From: Gammaproteobacteria bacterium
GTDB lineage: Bacteria > Pseudomonadota > Gammaproteobacteria > Eutrophobiales > Eutrophobiaceae
DNA: 64,000 bases
Assembly (NCBI GenBank): GCA_965215365.1
Contig: CBDCDS010000003.1
Coordinates: 1,536,001-1,600,000 of the forward strand
Direction of reading: 5' to 3'
Shown here in pieces: positions 51,563-63,098 of the stretch. The notes beneath the pieces are model-generated. The model saw only the letters and a list, made by a program, of their open reading frames with translations, was not told the origin of the DNA and did not search any database. Within the stretch, counting starts at the first letter, position 1. Every line of letters starts with the position of its first letter. The position numbers were made by a program, and so were the translations under genes.

Positions 51563-53110
51563 TCACACGCAACCCTGAAAAATCTCGTTAATGAGCACCT
51601 CCAGATCCCCAACCTCAGCATCCGTCAGGGCTTTGAACTCCTTCTCTCGGCGCTTTTTTGCCAGTGTTCCGTTATGTTGACGCACAAACAGGATTAAATT
51701 CTGTGCCAGTCTATCCGGCATTTCGACGCGGTTCATTACGGCTGTTTGGGCGGTGGTGAAGCGGGTCAGGTAGTCGGCTTCCTGGGGCAGGTCTTGCGCT
51801 ATTGTCCGTTTGACACATTTGTACAGGAATTCTGCATGGGGGGTGGCATCGAAATAACGATAGAAATCTGCCGTATCATTCAGCACCTCGATGTTGCCTG
51901 AGGATGTTGGCTGCCATTTGATTAACGGCAAAAGTCGCTCGGAATAACTTTCCAGAACAGTGCGGTAACAGTCGATTTCATCGAGGATGGCAGCTGCAAC
52001 CGGAAAGATAACACCGGGCGGATTGAACCCGTGTTGGGTCAACGCGTGGTGGATCAGACAGCGATGAATACGGCCATTCCCATCCTCAAAAGGATGGATA
52101 TAGAGAAAACCGAAGGCAAGAACTGCGGCGGCGACCACCGGGTCGATACTGCCTGCGGCCTCCCGGTCAAAGCGGATAAGACCGTTGACCAGCGCTTCGA
52201 GGTCATCATGCCTGGCACTGACATGGTCTGGCAACGGCAGACGCGTGGCCCGGTCGTGTGTGCCGACAAAGCCACCTTCGTTTCTCAGCCCCATATTTAT
52301 AAAGCGGTTATCGCCAATGACGATACGTTGTAAGCGCAGCAACTCCTCAAGGTCGAGGGGACGACGGCCGGCCTCGCCAATGGCTCGTCCCCAGCGTTGG
52401 ATGCGGTCCTGGGGCGGGTTTTCTCCTTCGATGATATAGCTGGCCCTAGAGTCTTTCAGCAGCAGGAACGCCGCGGTGCGCGCCATGATGTCCTTGGGTA
52501 TAGCCGCTACCGTGTCCTGTGCCCGGCGCTTGAAGTCCATGTCGACAAATTTACGTAGCGTTTCTGTTTTGAAAACCAGGGGACAGAATTGTGGAGTTCC
52601 CGGTAAATTATTCCGAACGCGTTGTCGGGATACGGGTGTGCCCGCAGTCGCCCATTGCAGTTGCGGGTCGATGACCGGCGCATAATTGCCCCTGTCGGCG
52701 TCGGGCAGGGGCAGTTTTTCCGCCAACAGCCATTCGTACAAAAACCATAAACGTCGGGCATAGCTTCCGGTCGGTCTGGCCTTGACCATAGCCTCAACCG
52801 GCACCGGCCCGATGGACAGGAACAGCTGTTTCAGAACAGCGAGGTCAAGCCCCTCGTATTTCAGAGCAAAGGTCAGGTGACCCTCAAGATCAGGCTGCGG
52901 CTGATGGCGAGGCGTGAAGATACGCCAACCATCTTTCTCCAGTACACGGTGGCGCCTGCCGATGGCGCTTAAGGTAATGGGAACAGGAACAGCAAGATCG
53001 TAGCTATCGATGATTGCAGCATAACCGACGGGCTTCGCCTTTTCAGGCAAACGCCGCTCATGGAAAATAATAACCGGCTCCGAAAGTGATCTCAGTGGTT
53101 TGCTACTCAT
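51563..53110 (-). CDS. Fic family protein
   Basis: Canonical HPFEDGNGRIHR motif; S..IEGE inhibitory-helix-like motif. Confidence 0.92.
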   Translation of the reverse strand: MSSKPLRSLSEPVIIFHERRLPEKAKPVGYAAIIDSYDLAVPVPITLSAIGRRHRVLEKDGWRIFTPRHQPQPDLEGHLTFALKYEGLDLAVLKQLFLSIGPVPVEAMVKARPTGSYARRLWFLYEWLLAEKLPLPDADRGNYAPVIDPQLQWATAGTPVSRQRVRNNLPGTPQFCPLVFKTETLRKFVDMDFKRRAQDTVAAIPKDIMARTAAFLLLKDSRASYIIEGENPPQDRIQRWGRAIGEAGRRPLDLEELLRLQRIVIGDNRFINMGLRNEGGFVGTHDRATRLPLPDHVSARHDDLEALVNGLIRFDREAAGSIDPVVAAAVLAFGFLYIHPFEDGNGRIHRCLIHHALTQHGFNPPGVIFPVAAAILDEIDCYRTVLESYSERLLPLIKWQPTSSGNIEVLNDTADFYRYFDATPHAEFLYKCVKRTIAQDLPQEADYLTRFTTAQTAVMNRVEMPDRLAQNLILFVRQHNGTLAKKRREKEFKALTDAEVGDLEVLINEIFQGCV

Positions 53111-53194
53111 GAAAAATAGTTATTGGCTACGAAAATTGGTTATTCTAACCGTTTTTTCATGAAAAATAGTTATTTTTTATGAAAATTAATTACT
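53107..53194. promoter_or_regulatory. AT-rich direct repeats upstream of the Fic gene
   Basis: TCATGAAAAATAGTTATT at 53107 and 53157; related boxes at 53131 and 53181. Confidence 0.6.
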
Positions 53195-53278
53195 CCAGCT
53201 GTTCATTTGTGAATTTTAGTTTTTCGCTCGACTTCGATGGTTTATTTCGCTCTGATCATGAGGGCTTAGAGGTTACCA

Positions 53279-54682
53279 TTATATCCTCAAATCCAGCCCC
53301 TTGATCTTCCTGGTCAGGGTGTTCCGTCCCCAGCCCAGGAGTTTGGCGGCTTCTACCCGCCGGCCGCCGGTTTGTTGCAGGGCTTCTTCAATGAGGATGC
53401 GCTCAAATTCGGGCAGGACATTGCCGAGCAGGCCGGTCTCGCCCTTGTGCAGGTTGGTTTTGACCCAGTGGCGCAGTGTGCTTTCCCAGTCTTCGGTTGT
53501 TGGCTGCGACGGGTTGGTCTGCCCCAGTTCCGGGGGCAGGTCGTCGATGTGAATCTCCCTGCCCGGGGCCATGACCGTTATCCAGCGACAGAAATTTTCC
53601 AGTTGTCTGACGTTGCCCGGCCAATCCAGTCGGTTCAGGAAGGTCTGGGTTTGCGGTAACATCAGTTTGGCGTCAGTGTTCAGCTCCAGGGCCGAACGGC
53701 GCAGGAAATGTTCCGTTAACACCGGGATATCTTCGCGCCGGTCGCGCAGCGCGGGAACATGCACGCGGATCACGTTCAGGCGGTGGAACAGGTCTTCGCG
53801 GAAGGTGCCGCGGCTTACCTGCTGTTCCAGCTCCTGGTTGGTTGCCGCGATCACCCGCACATCCGCATCAATAGGCAGGTGCCCGCCGACACGATAAAAC
53901 GCCCCGGTTGAGAGCACGCGCAGCAAGCGAGTTTGCAGATCGGCCGGCATATCGCCGATTTCATCTAGGAACAAGGTGCCGCCGCTGGCCTGCTCGAAGC
54001 GCCCTTTGCGCTGCGCGGTAGCGCCGGTGAACGCGCCTTTTTCATGGCCGAACAGTTCCGATTCCAGCAAATCCCGAGGTATGGCCGCCACATTGATAGC
54101 AATAAAACGCTGTTGTGCACGGGGGCTGTGGCGATGCAACGCCTGGGCTACCAGTTCCTTGCCAGTGCCGGATTCGCCGGTAACGAGTACCGTCAGGTTG
54201 GAAGCCGACAACCTGCCGATGGCGCGAAACACCTCCTGCATCGCCGTGGCCGAGCCAACGATTTCATCCGGTGTGACGTCTCTCGCTGCGGCCGCCTCCG
54301 GCACCACCGCAGGATGCCGGCGTATCGCCCGTTTTACCAGGTTCAGCAGTTCCTCTATATCAAACGGCTTGGACAGGTATTCATACGCCCCACCCTGGAA
54401 CGATGACACCACCCGGTCCAGGTCCGGAAACGCAGTCATGATGATGACCGGCACCTCAGGCGTTTTCAGCTTGATCTCTTCGAGCAGGGCCAGGCCATCG
54501 AGCCCCGGCATGCGGATATCCGAGATGATAAGGTCCGGCGTATCGCGCTCTAGGTTTTGCAGCAGTGCCTGCGCGTTTTCAAAGCACACCGTTTGCAGTT
54601 GTTCCCGGGTCAGGGCGCGTTCCAGCACCCACCTGATGGATTTATCGTCATCAACGATCCAGATTTTGTCGCGTGGCGCCAT
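53279..54682 (-). CDS. glnG: Nitrogen regulation response regulator NtrC
   Basis: VDDDKSIRWVLE receiver, GESGTGKE, GAFTGA, WGRNTLTRK HTH. Confidence 0.96.
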   Translation of the reverse strand: MAPRDKIWIVDDDKSIRWVLERALTREQLQTVCFENAQALLQNLERDTPDLIISDIRMPGLDGLALLEEIKLKTPEVPVIIMTAFPDLDRVVSSFQGGAYEYLSKPFDIEELLNLVKRAIRRHPAVVPEAAAARDVTPDEIVGSATAMQEVFRAIGRLSASNLTVLVTGESGTGKELVAQALHRHSPRAQQRFIAINVAAIPRDLLESELFGHEKGAFTGATAQRKGRFEQASGGTLFLDEIGDMPADLQTRLLRVLSTGAFYRVGGHLPIDADVRVIAATNQELEQQVSRGTFREDLFHRLNVIRVHVPALRDRREDIPVLTEHFLRRSALELNTDAKLMLPQTQTFLNRLDWPGNVRQLENFCRWITVMAPGREIHIDDLPPELGQTNPSQPTTEDWESTLRHWVKTNLHKGETGLLGNVLPEFERILIEEALQQTGGRRVEAAKLLGWGRNTLTRKIKGLDLRI

Positions 54683-54683
54683 G

Positions 54684-55730
54684 TCATTCCACCGGCAGCA
54701 GTATCCTGAAACAGGTCTTATCGTCGAGCCGCTGATATTTGATCAGACCGTTGTTGGACTGGATCAGCGATTGGGAAATGGACAACCCCAGGCCGGAACC
54801 TCCCACCCGGCCTGTTACCATGGGGTAGAAAATATGCTCCTCAATGTCTGCCGGCACGCCGGGGCCGTCATCGATCACGTCGATCTCCACCGCCAGCTTG
54901 TGATGCTTGCGCTGAATGGTGCAGCGACGTTTGATGCGAGTGCGCACCAGTATCCGGCCGTTCTCCTCGATAGCCTGGACTGCATTCCTGGACACGTTCA
55001 AAAACGCTTGGATCAACTGCTCGCCATCCGCCTGTAGCGTCGGCAGGCTGGGATCATAGTCACGCCTGATTTCGATATTGAACTCCGACTCCGCTTCCAC
55101 GATGCCCAGCGTATGCTCAAGCACCTGGTGAATGTTCACGCGGTTGACGCTGTTCCTGGTAACCGGCGCCAACATGCGATCGACCAGATTACGCAGCCGG
55201 TCCGCCTCATTGATAATGATTCGGGTATATTCGGCCAGACCGGAGCCGTTTAATTCCCGTTCCAGCAGTTGTGCCGCGCCGCGCAGTCCCCCCAGCGGGT
55301 TTTTGATCTCATGGGCGATGCCGCTCAGCGACTTGCGCGCGGCGTCGTGCAGGTAGGACAGGTTACTCTCACTCAGCGTGTGAATGCGCGAATTGACGTT
55401 GACCAGTTCAACAACGACCTCCAGGCACCTTTCTGCGTCCATGACCGGTGTCACAATGCAGTCCACACACACCGTCCTGGCCGCAGGTAGATCCAGTTCA
55501 ATACCCCATTCCATGCGCAGTTGTCCGGTGTCACGGGTATGCTCGATATTTTGCAACAGGTAGTTGGAGCCGGTAAAAATTTCCGCCGCGTTGTAACCGA
55601 ACATCCTAGCGCGGCTGATTAGAAACAGTGTTTCTCCGGCGTTGTTGATATCGGTAAGTTGCAGGGAGTCATTGAACACCAGCACTGCCGTGTAAAGAGT
55701 ATCCAGCAACCTGTATGAGACTGTAGTCAT
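54684..55730 (-). CDS. glnL: Nitrogen regulation histidine kinase NtrB
   Basis: AHEIKNPLGGLRGAAQLL, DYDPSLP, IFYPMVTGR, GLGLSI. Confidence 0.95.
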   Translation of the reverse strand: MTTVSYRLLDTLYTAVLVFNDSLQLTDINNAGETLFLISRARMFGYNAAEIFTGSNYLLQNIEHTRDTGQLRMEWGIELDLPAARTVCVDCIVTPVMDAERCLEVVVELVNVNSRIHTLSESNLSYLHDAARKSLSGIAHEIKNPLGGLRGAAQLLERELNGSGLAEYTRIIINEADRLRNLVDRMLAPVTRNSVNRVNIHQVLEHTLGIVEAESEFNIEIRRDYDPSLPTLQADGEQLIQAFLNVSRNAVQAIEENGRILVRTRIKRRCTIQRKHHKLAVEIDVIDDGPGVPADIEEHIFYPMVTGRVGGSGLGLSISQSLIQSNNGLIKYQRLDDKTCFRILLPVE

Positions 55731-55735
55731 TGACT

Positions 55736-55776
55736 TAGCCCGCAGCTCTCACCAAGTGATGCGAAGATTGCCCCGG
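55736..55776 (-). repeat. Partial 62-bp repeat between glnA and ntrB, merging with a GC hairpin (55770-55799)
   Basis: TAGCCCGCAGCTCTCACCAAGTGATGCGAAGATTGCCCCGG; stem GCCCCGGCCA/TGGCCGGGGC. Confidence 0.85.
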
Positions 55777-55807
55777 CCAGCGGCTCGAATGGCCGGGGCT
55801 GACGAGA

Positions 55808-57217
55808 TTACAGACTGTAGTACATATCGAGCTCTACCGGGTGCGTGGTCATCCGGAAACGGTTGACCTCATTCATCTTCAACTCGATATAGCCGTCGAT
55901 CATGTCGTCGGAAAATACCCCACCGGCGGTGAGGAATTCCCGATCCTGATCCAGGGCTTCCAGAGCCTGATCCAGTGACGAGCACACGGTGGGAATCTCT
56001 TTTTCTTCCTCTATGGTCAGGTCATACAGGTCTTTTTCCAGGGGGTCGCCCGGGTCCAGCCGATTCTGGATGCCATCCAATCCGGCCATCATCATCGCCG
56101 CGAACATGAAGTATGGATTGCCGCAGGAATCAGGGAATCGTATTTCTATGCGTCTGGCCCGGGGTTCGGCAACCCAGGGGATGCGGCACGACGCCGAGCG
56201 GTTACGCGCGGAGTAGGCCAGCAATACCGGCGCCTCAAAGCCGGGCACCAGCCGCTTGTAGCTGTTGGTGCTGGCATTGGTGAACGCGTTCAGCGCGCGC
56301 GCATGTTTGAAAATGCCGGCGATGTAATGCAAGGCCAGCTCCGACAGCCCGCCGTACTTGTCCCCGGTGAACAGGTTCTGTCCGTCCCTGCCGAGCGACT
56401 GGTGCACATGCATGCCATTGCCGTTATCACCGACTAAGGGTTTCGGCATGAAGGTGACCGTTTTGCCATAGCCTTGGGCAACATTCATTGCGCAGTACTT
56501 CAGGGTCAACAGTTCGTCTGCCTTGCTCACCAGCGTATTGAACTTCGTACCGATTTCCGCTTGTCCGCCCGTGGCAACCTCGTGGTGGTGCACTTCAACC
56601 ACCAGACCCATGTCCTCCAGGGACATACAAATGGCAGAGCGGACATTCTGCAGGGAATCAACCGGCGGCACCGGGAAATAGCCACCTTTTACTCCGGGGC
56701 GGTGACCCTGGTTCGGACCTTCCATCAGTTTGTCGCTGTTCCAGTGGCCTTCCTCGGAATCAATCTCGTAGAACGCGCTGTTCAGGCTGTCGCCCCAGCG
56801 GGCCTCGTCAAATATGAAAAACTCGGGCTCCGGGCCGAAATAGGCCGAGTCAGCGATGCCCGTCGATTGCAGGTAAGCCTCGGCGCGCTTTGCCAGGGAA
56901 CGCGGGCAACGTTCATACCCCTGCATGGTAGTCGGCTCCAGCACGTCACAACGCAGGTTCAGGGTCGATTCGTCATAGAACGGGTCGATCACAGCCGTTT
57001 CCGTATCAGGCATCAACAGCATATCTGACTCGTTGATACCCTTCCAACCGGAAATGGACGAACCGTCGAACATCTTGCCGTTTTCAAAAAAATCGTCATC
57101 GACAGTGCTGGCCGGCACGGTAACATGCTGTTCCTTGCCGCGTGCATCACAGAACCGCAGGTCAATAAAATGCACCTCGTGCTCTTCGATCAATCCATAA
57201 ACCTTCTCTTTGGACAT
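55808..57217 (-). CDS. glnA: Glutamine synthetase type I
   Basis: [42 protein letters not shown] adenylylation-site region. Confidence 0.98.
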   Translation of the reverse strand: MSKEKVYGLIEEHEVHFIDLRFCDARGKEQHVTVPASTVDDDFFENGKMFDGSSISGWKGINESDMLLMPDTETAVIDPFYDESTLNLRCDVLEPTTMQGYERCPRSLAKRAEAYLQSTGIADSAYFGPEPEFFIFDEARWGDSLNSAFYEIDSEEGHWNSDKLMEGPNQGHRPGVKGGYFPVPPVDSLQNVRSAICMSLEDMGLVVEVHHHEVATGGQAEIGTKFNTLVSKADELLTLKYCAMNVAQGYGKTVTFMPKPLVGDNGNGMHVHQSLGRDGQNLFTGDKYGGLSELALHYIAGIFKHARALNAFTNASTNSYKRLVPGFEAPVLLAYSARNRSASCRIPWVAEPRARRIEIRFPDSCGNPYFMFAAMMMAGLDGIQNRLDPGDPLEKDLYDLTIEEEKEIPTVCSSLDQALEALDQDREFLTAGGVFSDDMIDGYIELKMNEVNRFRMTTHPVELDMYYSL

Positions 57218-57305
57218 CGTTTATCTCCTCACAGAAATTAAAATTGAAGTAGCTACCGGTTTCCCCACTAACGAGCGTGTGAACCAGTATGGAACACTAC
57301 ACATC

Positions 57306-57321
57306 TGCACAATTTGTGCCA
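57306..57321 (-). promoter_or_regulatory. Sigma54 (-24/-12) promoter of glnA
   Basis: Minus strand TGGCACAAATTGTGCA (GG-N10-GC). Confidence 0.8.
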
Positions 57322-57373
57322 CTTGAGGTATTATGAAAATAACTTTGTTACTTTATCAGGTTAGCAGATTTGA

Positions 57374-57443
57374 CGCTCCAGTATAGAGCAAAGCGATGCG
57401 CTAAAATAATGCTTTTTATTTTATTATGCACTATTTTTGTGCA
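57374..57443. promoter_or_regulatory. NtrC binding sites (enhancer)
   Basis: Perfect TGCAC-N7-GTGCA at 57427-57443; weaker sites at 57397-57413 and 57374-57390. Confidence 0.8.
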
Positions 57444-58765
57444 TTCACAACCATAGCATCGGCAAATTCCGGCATATCTTCGCCCGCCATCAGCTGCTCC
57501 GGCGTTTCCCGTTCCCGGATAACCTGTGCGTGGGCGCCATCCACCAGCAGTTCCGCCGCCCGCGGCCGGCTGTTGTAATTGGAACTCATGCAGAAACCAT
57601 AGGCACCGGCAGACAACACCGCCAGCAGGTCGTCCGGGCGTAGCGCAAGCGGGCGTTGCAGCCCCAGGAAATCGCCGGTCTCGCATACCGGGCCAACTAC
57701 GTCATAGTCCATTTCCGGTTCATCTGCACGCGCAGTCACGGGGATAATGTCATGCCAGGCCTGATACAGCGACGGTCGCAACAAGTCGTTCATGGACGCG
57801 TCCACAATGGCAAAGTGCCGTGTGTGAGTCGTTTTCAGGTACTCCACCCGGGTCAGCAACACCCCGGCGTTGCCGACGATGGAGCGGCCTGGTTCCAGTA
57901 TCAGGTGGTAACGCGCCGGGACCCGCTCCCTGATAACTGCGGCCAACGCGGTCACGTCAGGAATGGTTGCGGTGTGCTCTCCATTGCTGGCCTGCCGGCG
58001 CGCCGCGCCCGCCCGGAGCAGGTTGCCGCAGTGGTAATCAATGCCCAGACCGCCGCCGATGTCCACATGCCTGACGGGTATCCCGCGCTGCTCCAGGTCC
58101 TCCACCAGCGCCAGCAGTTTTTCCAATGCATCGATATAGGGCTCCAGCGAAGTAACCTGGGAGCCGATATGACAGTCGATTCCCACCGGCATGACATGCT
58201 CTAAGCGTTCAGCCAGCCGGTAGGTGGCCAGTACCTGGTCATGGCTGATGCCGAACTTGTCTTGCTTCCTGCCGGTAGCGATGAACGGGTGGGTCTGCGC
58301 GTCCGTATCGGGGTTGACCCGGACCGACACCGGTGCCGTTACCGACAACTGTGCGGCAATCTCGTTAATGCGCAGCAGTTCCGGCTCCGATTCCACGTTA
58401 AAACACTTGATTCCGACCTCCAGTGCACGCCGTATTTCATGCGCACGCTTACCCACCCCGGAAAACACGACTTTGTCCGCGTCCCCGCCGGCGCGCAGCA
58501 CCCGTTCCAGTTCGCCAATGGAGACGATGTCAAACCCTGACCCCAGACGCGCCATTAAGTTGAGTATGGCAAGATTACCGTTCGCCTTGACGGCATAACA
58601 GATTAAGGCATCCCGGTCGGCAAATGCTTGGGCATAGGCGCGCCAGCTTGCCTCAATCGCCGCCCGCGAATACACGAACGCCGGCGTACCGTGGCGCGCG
58701 GCCAGCGCCGACAAGGCGACTCGCTCAGCGTACAGGGCGCCGTCTTTATAAGAATAACTTTCCAT
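57431..58765 (-). CDS. lysA: Diaminopimelate decarboxylase
   Basis: YAVKAN, HIGSQ, GGGLG, EPGRS, GPVCETGD, GAYG..MSSNYN. Confidence 0.96.
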   Translation of the reverse strand: MESYSYKDGALYAERVALSALAARHGTPAFVYSRAAIEASWRAYAQAFADRDALICYAVKANGNLAILNLMARLGSGFDIVSIGELERVLRAGGDADKVVFSGVGKRAHEIRRALEVGIKCFNVESEPELLRINEIAAQLSVTAPVSVRVNPDTDAQTHPFIATGRKQDKFGISHDQVLATYRLAERLEHVMPVGIDCHIGSQVTSLEPYIDALEKLLALVEDLEQRGIPVRHVDIGGGLGIDYHCGNLLRAGAARRQASNGEHTATIPDVTALAAVIRERVPARYHLILEPGRSIVGNAGVLLTRVEYLKTTHTRHFAIVDASMNDLLRPSLYQAWHDIIPVTARADEPEMDYDVVGPVCETGDFLGLQRPLALRPDDLLAVLSAGAYGFCMSSNYNSRPRAAELLVDGAHAQVIRERETPEQLMAGEDMPEFADAMVVNAQK

Positions 58766-58904
58766 GCAGGTATTGTGTGGTGGCTTCGGCTACCTCATCA
58801 TCGGGAAGGAATAAATCACCCTTCTGGCCGCAGCTGCTGACAACGAGCGCCGACAGCAGGACTGACAGGATACGGGTTTTAGCTATGAACGGGCGTGAAA
58901 ACAT
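58746..58904 (-). CDS. lptM: LptM/YifL-like small lipoprotein
   Basis: Lipobox VSSC followed by GQKGDLFLP; immediately upstream of lysA. Confidence 0.8.
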   Translation of the reverse strand: MFSRPFIAKTRILSVLLSALVVSSCGQKGDLFLPDDEVAEATTQYLHGKLFL

Positions 58905-59006
58905 GGGCTGTCTCCTCAAGGGTTGGCGCCAAACGGTGCGCGCTTGGCCTGTGATCTTCCCGAACGCAGTGGTGAATGTCAATCGACTTCAATACTTCGA
59001 CATGAA

Positions 59007-59032
59007 GGTGCCTCTAAAAATCAGAGGTTCCC
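59007..59032. repeat. Short palindrome, ACCTCT..AGAGGT family
   Basis: GGTGCCTCTAAAAATCAGAGGTTCCC. Confidence 0.6.
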
Positions 59033-59139
59033 ATAACCGCACAAAAGTAGTAAAACAAACACTTGAATCATTCCCTGTTTAAGATGAAAATGTCGTTTCC
59101 CCGCTTACGCTAACAAGGTAACCATAGGTAACACCCGCT

Positions 59140-59466
59140 ATGAATAACAGCATTATCCACGTAACGGATTCCAGTTTTGAGGAAGATGTATTAAAATCGG
59201 AAACGCCAGTGATGGTGGACTATTGGGCTGAATGGTGCGGCCCCTGCAAGATGATTGCACCAGTCCTCGATGAAATCGCCGCTGACTACACCGGCAGGTT
59301 GACCGTGACAAAAATCAATATCGATGCAAATCCCCAGACTCCGCAACGATATGCCGTGCGCGGCATACCTACCCTGATGATATTCAAGGGCGGCGAGGTT
59401 ATCGGCACAAAAGTGGGGGCGGCATCGAAACAGCAGCTGTCTGCCTTTATTGACAGTACCATTTAG
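59140..59466 (+). CDS. trxA: Thioredoxin
   Basis: WCGPC, RGIPTL; upstream of rho. Confidence 0.97.
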   Translation: MNNSIIHVTDSSFEEDVLKSETPVMVDYWAEWCGPCKMIAPVLDEIAADYTGRLTVTKINIDANPQTPQRYAVRGIPTLMIFKGGEVIGTKVGAASKQQLSAFIDSTI

Positions 59467-59626
59467 TGCAACTGCAATGTAAACGTATTAAAATCAGTAG
59501 ACATCTCTTTGCCAATATGCTAGAATAGCCGTCACCTGTTGTGTTCCCTCTAACAAGCCCGGGCGTCGGTGTGTTCCGTTCATTCGGGACAGACCGTTCA
59601 GCCTGTCACAACCCGTATTTGACCTA

Positions 59627-60886
59627 ATGAATCTCACAGAATTAAAGCAGCAACCCGCTTCAGAGTTGGTTCTCATCTCAGAATCGCTTGGCCTGGACGG
59701 CCTGGCCCGTTCAAGAAAACAGGATGTCATTTTCGAAATCCTCAAAGCCCATGCCAGAAAGGGTGAAGATATTTACGGCAGCGGCGTGCTGGAAATCCTC
59801 CAGGACGGTTTCGGTTTTCTACGCTCCGCCGGCAGTTCCTACCTGGCCGGTCCCGATGACATTTATGTTTCTCCCAGCCAGATCAGACGCTTCAACCTGC
59901 GCACCGGCGATAATATCTCCGGCAAGATCCGGCCGCCCAAGGAAGGCGAGCGCTACTTTGCGCTGCTCAAGGTGAACGAGATCAATTTTGAATCCCCGGA
60001 GCGGGCCAGAAACAAAATTATTTTTGAGAACTTAACGCCGTTGTTCGCGCAGGAACGTCTGAAACTGGAGGTGGGCAACGGCAGCACTGAGGACCTGACA
60101 CCGAGAATTATCGACCTGGTGGCACCGATCGGCAAAGGCCAGCGCGGTCTTATCGTATCACCGCCCAAGGCCGGTAAAACCATGATCCTGCAATCCCTTG
60201 CCCAGTCGATCAAGCACAATCATCCGGAGTGTCATCTGATCGTACTGCTCATCGACGAGCGGCCGGAGGAGGTGACGGAGATGGAGCGCTCGGTGCGGGG
60301 TGAGGTTATTTCCAGCACGTTTGATGAACCCGCCACCCGCCATGTGCAAGTTGCGGAGATGGTGATAGAACGGGCAAAACGCCTGACGGAACACAAGCAG
60401 GATGTGGTGGTTCTACTGGATTCCATCACTCGGCTGGCTCGGGCCTACAACACTGTCGTGCCGGCGTCAGGCAAGGTGTTGACCGGCGGCGTGGATGCCA
60501 ATGCCCTGCAACGACCCAAACGCTTCTTCGGCGCCGCGCGCAATATCGAGGAAGGCGGCAGCCTGACCATCCTGGCCACCGCGCTGATCGATACCGGCTC
60601 GCGCATGGACGAGGTGATCTATGAAGAATTCAAGGGCACCGGCAATATGGAATTGCACCTGGATCGGGAGATTTCGGAAAAACGTATCTATCCGGCTATC
60701 TACATCAATCGTTCCGGCACCCGCCGTGAAGAATTACTGACGGAGAAGGACGAGCTGCAGAAGATGTGGATCCTGCGCAAGCTGCTGCATCCTATGGAGT
60801 CGATCGGGGCTATGGAGTTCCTGCTCGAACGCCTCAAGGCCACGAAGAACAATGCCCAGTTCTTCGATGCCATGAAGAAGAGGTAA
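59627..60886 (+). CDS. rho: Transcription termination factor Rho
   Basis: [38 protein letters not shown]. Confidence 0.98.
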   Translation: MNLTELKQQPASELVLISESLGLDGLARSRKQDVIFEILKAHARKGEDIYGSGVLEILQDGFGFLRSAGSSYLAGPDDIYVSPSQIRRFNLRTGDNISGKIRPPKEGERYFALLKVNEINFESPERARNKIIFENLTPLFAQERLKLEVGNGSTEDLTPRIIDLVAPIGKGQRGLIVSPPKAGKTMILQSLAQSIKHNHPECHLIVLLIDERPEEVTEMERSVRGEVISSTFDEPATRHVQVAEMVIERAKRLTEHKQDVVVLLDSITRLARAYNTVVPASGKVLTGGVDANALQRPKRFFGAARNIEEGGSLTILATALIDTGSRMDEVIYEEFKGTGNMELHLDREISEKRIYPAIYINRSGTRREELLTEKDELQKMWILRKLLHPMESIGAMEFLLERLKATKNNAQFFDAMKKR

Positions 60887-60906
60887 CGGCGCATAAAGGC
60901 ACCTGT

Positions 60907-60937
60907 AAAAAAAACCCGCCGGATGGCGGGTTTTTTT
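60907..60937. terminator. Bidirectional intrinsic terminator between rho and groEL
   Basis: A8-CCCGCC-GGAT-GGCGGG-T7. Confidence 0.9.
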
Positions 60938-60959
60938 ATCGGGCATAAACAGCCGCAGG

Positions 60960-62630
<1,671 letters not shown>

Positions 62631-62918
62631 TTATTCGATAACGCCCATGATGTCGTCTTCACGCATCACCAGCAGTTCTTCACCGTCTATTTTCACTTCC
62701 GTACCGGAATACTTGCCAAACAGGATCCTGTCACCTGCTTTGACATCCAGGCCGCGCACCTCGCCGCTATCCAGGATCTTGCCGTTACCGATTGCAACGA
62801 CTTCTCCCTGGATGGGCTTTTCAGTGGCGCTGTCGGGAATGACTATCCCACCGGGGGACATCTTTTCCTCTTCCAGCCGGCGCACAACCACCCGGTCGTG
62901 TAATGGTCTGATATTCAT
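62631..62918 (-). CDS. groS: Co-chaperonin GroES
   Basis: [27 protein letters not shown]. Confidence 0.98.
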   Translation of the reverse strand: MNIRPLHDRVVVRRLEEEKMSPGGIVIPDSATEKPIQGEVVAIGNGKILDSGEVRGLDVKAGDRILFGKYSGTEVKIDGEELLVMREDDIMGVIE

Positions 62919-62990
62919 ATACTGATTTCCTCCTGTGATCTGAAGTTGTTGTTTATGAATACGTTAAAGTTATGGGAATCTCTAAAAATG

Positions 62991-63017
62991 TTAGCACTCT
63001 ACTAAAGTGAGTGCTAG
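62991..63017. promoter_or_regulatory. CIRCE element (HrcA operator) upstream of groES
   Basis: TTAGCACTC-N9-GAGTGCTAG, 17/18 match to the CIRCE consensus. Confidence 0.92.
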
Positions 63018-63018
63018 T

Positions 63019-63046
63019 AATATAAGGGCAAAAATTCAGATGTCAA
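63019..63046 (-). promoter_or_regulatory. Sigma70-type promoter for groESL
   Basis: Minus strand TTGACA-16 bp-TATATT directly upstream of CIRCE. Confidence 0.65.
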
Positions 63047-63098
63047 TAGCAAATGAGCTAAAATTCAGGGACGCCTTTACAGGGAATGAACGACGAAA

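Noticed and set aside
57960-58040. ~20-aa insertion in LysA after GGGLGIDY
   Set aside because: Falls in a loop that is variable in this family and has no similarity to the repeat families; reading frame intact.
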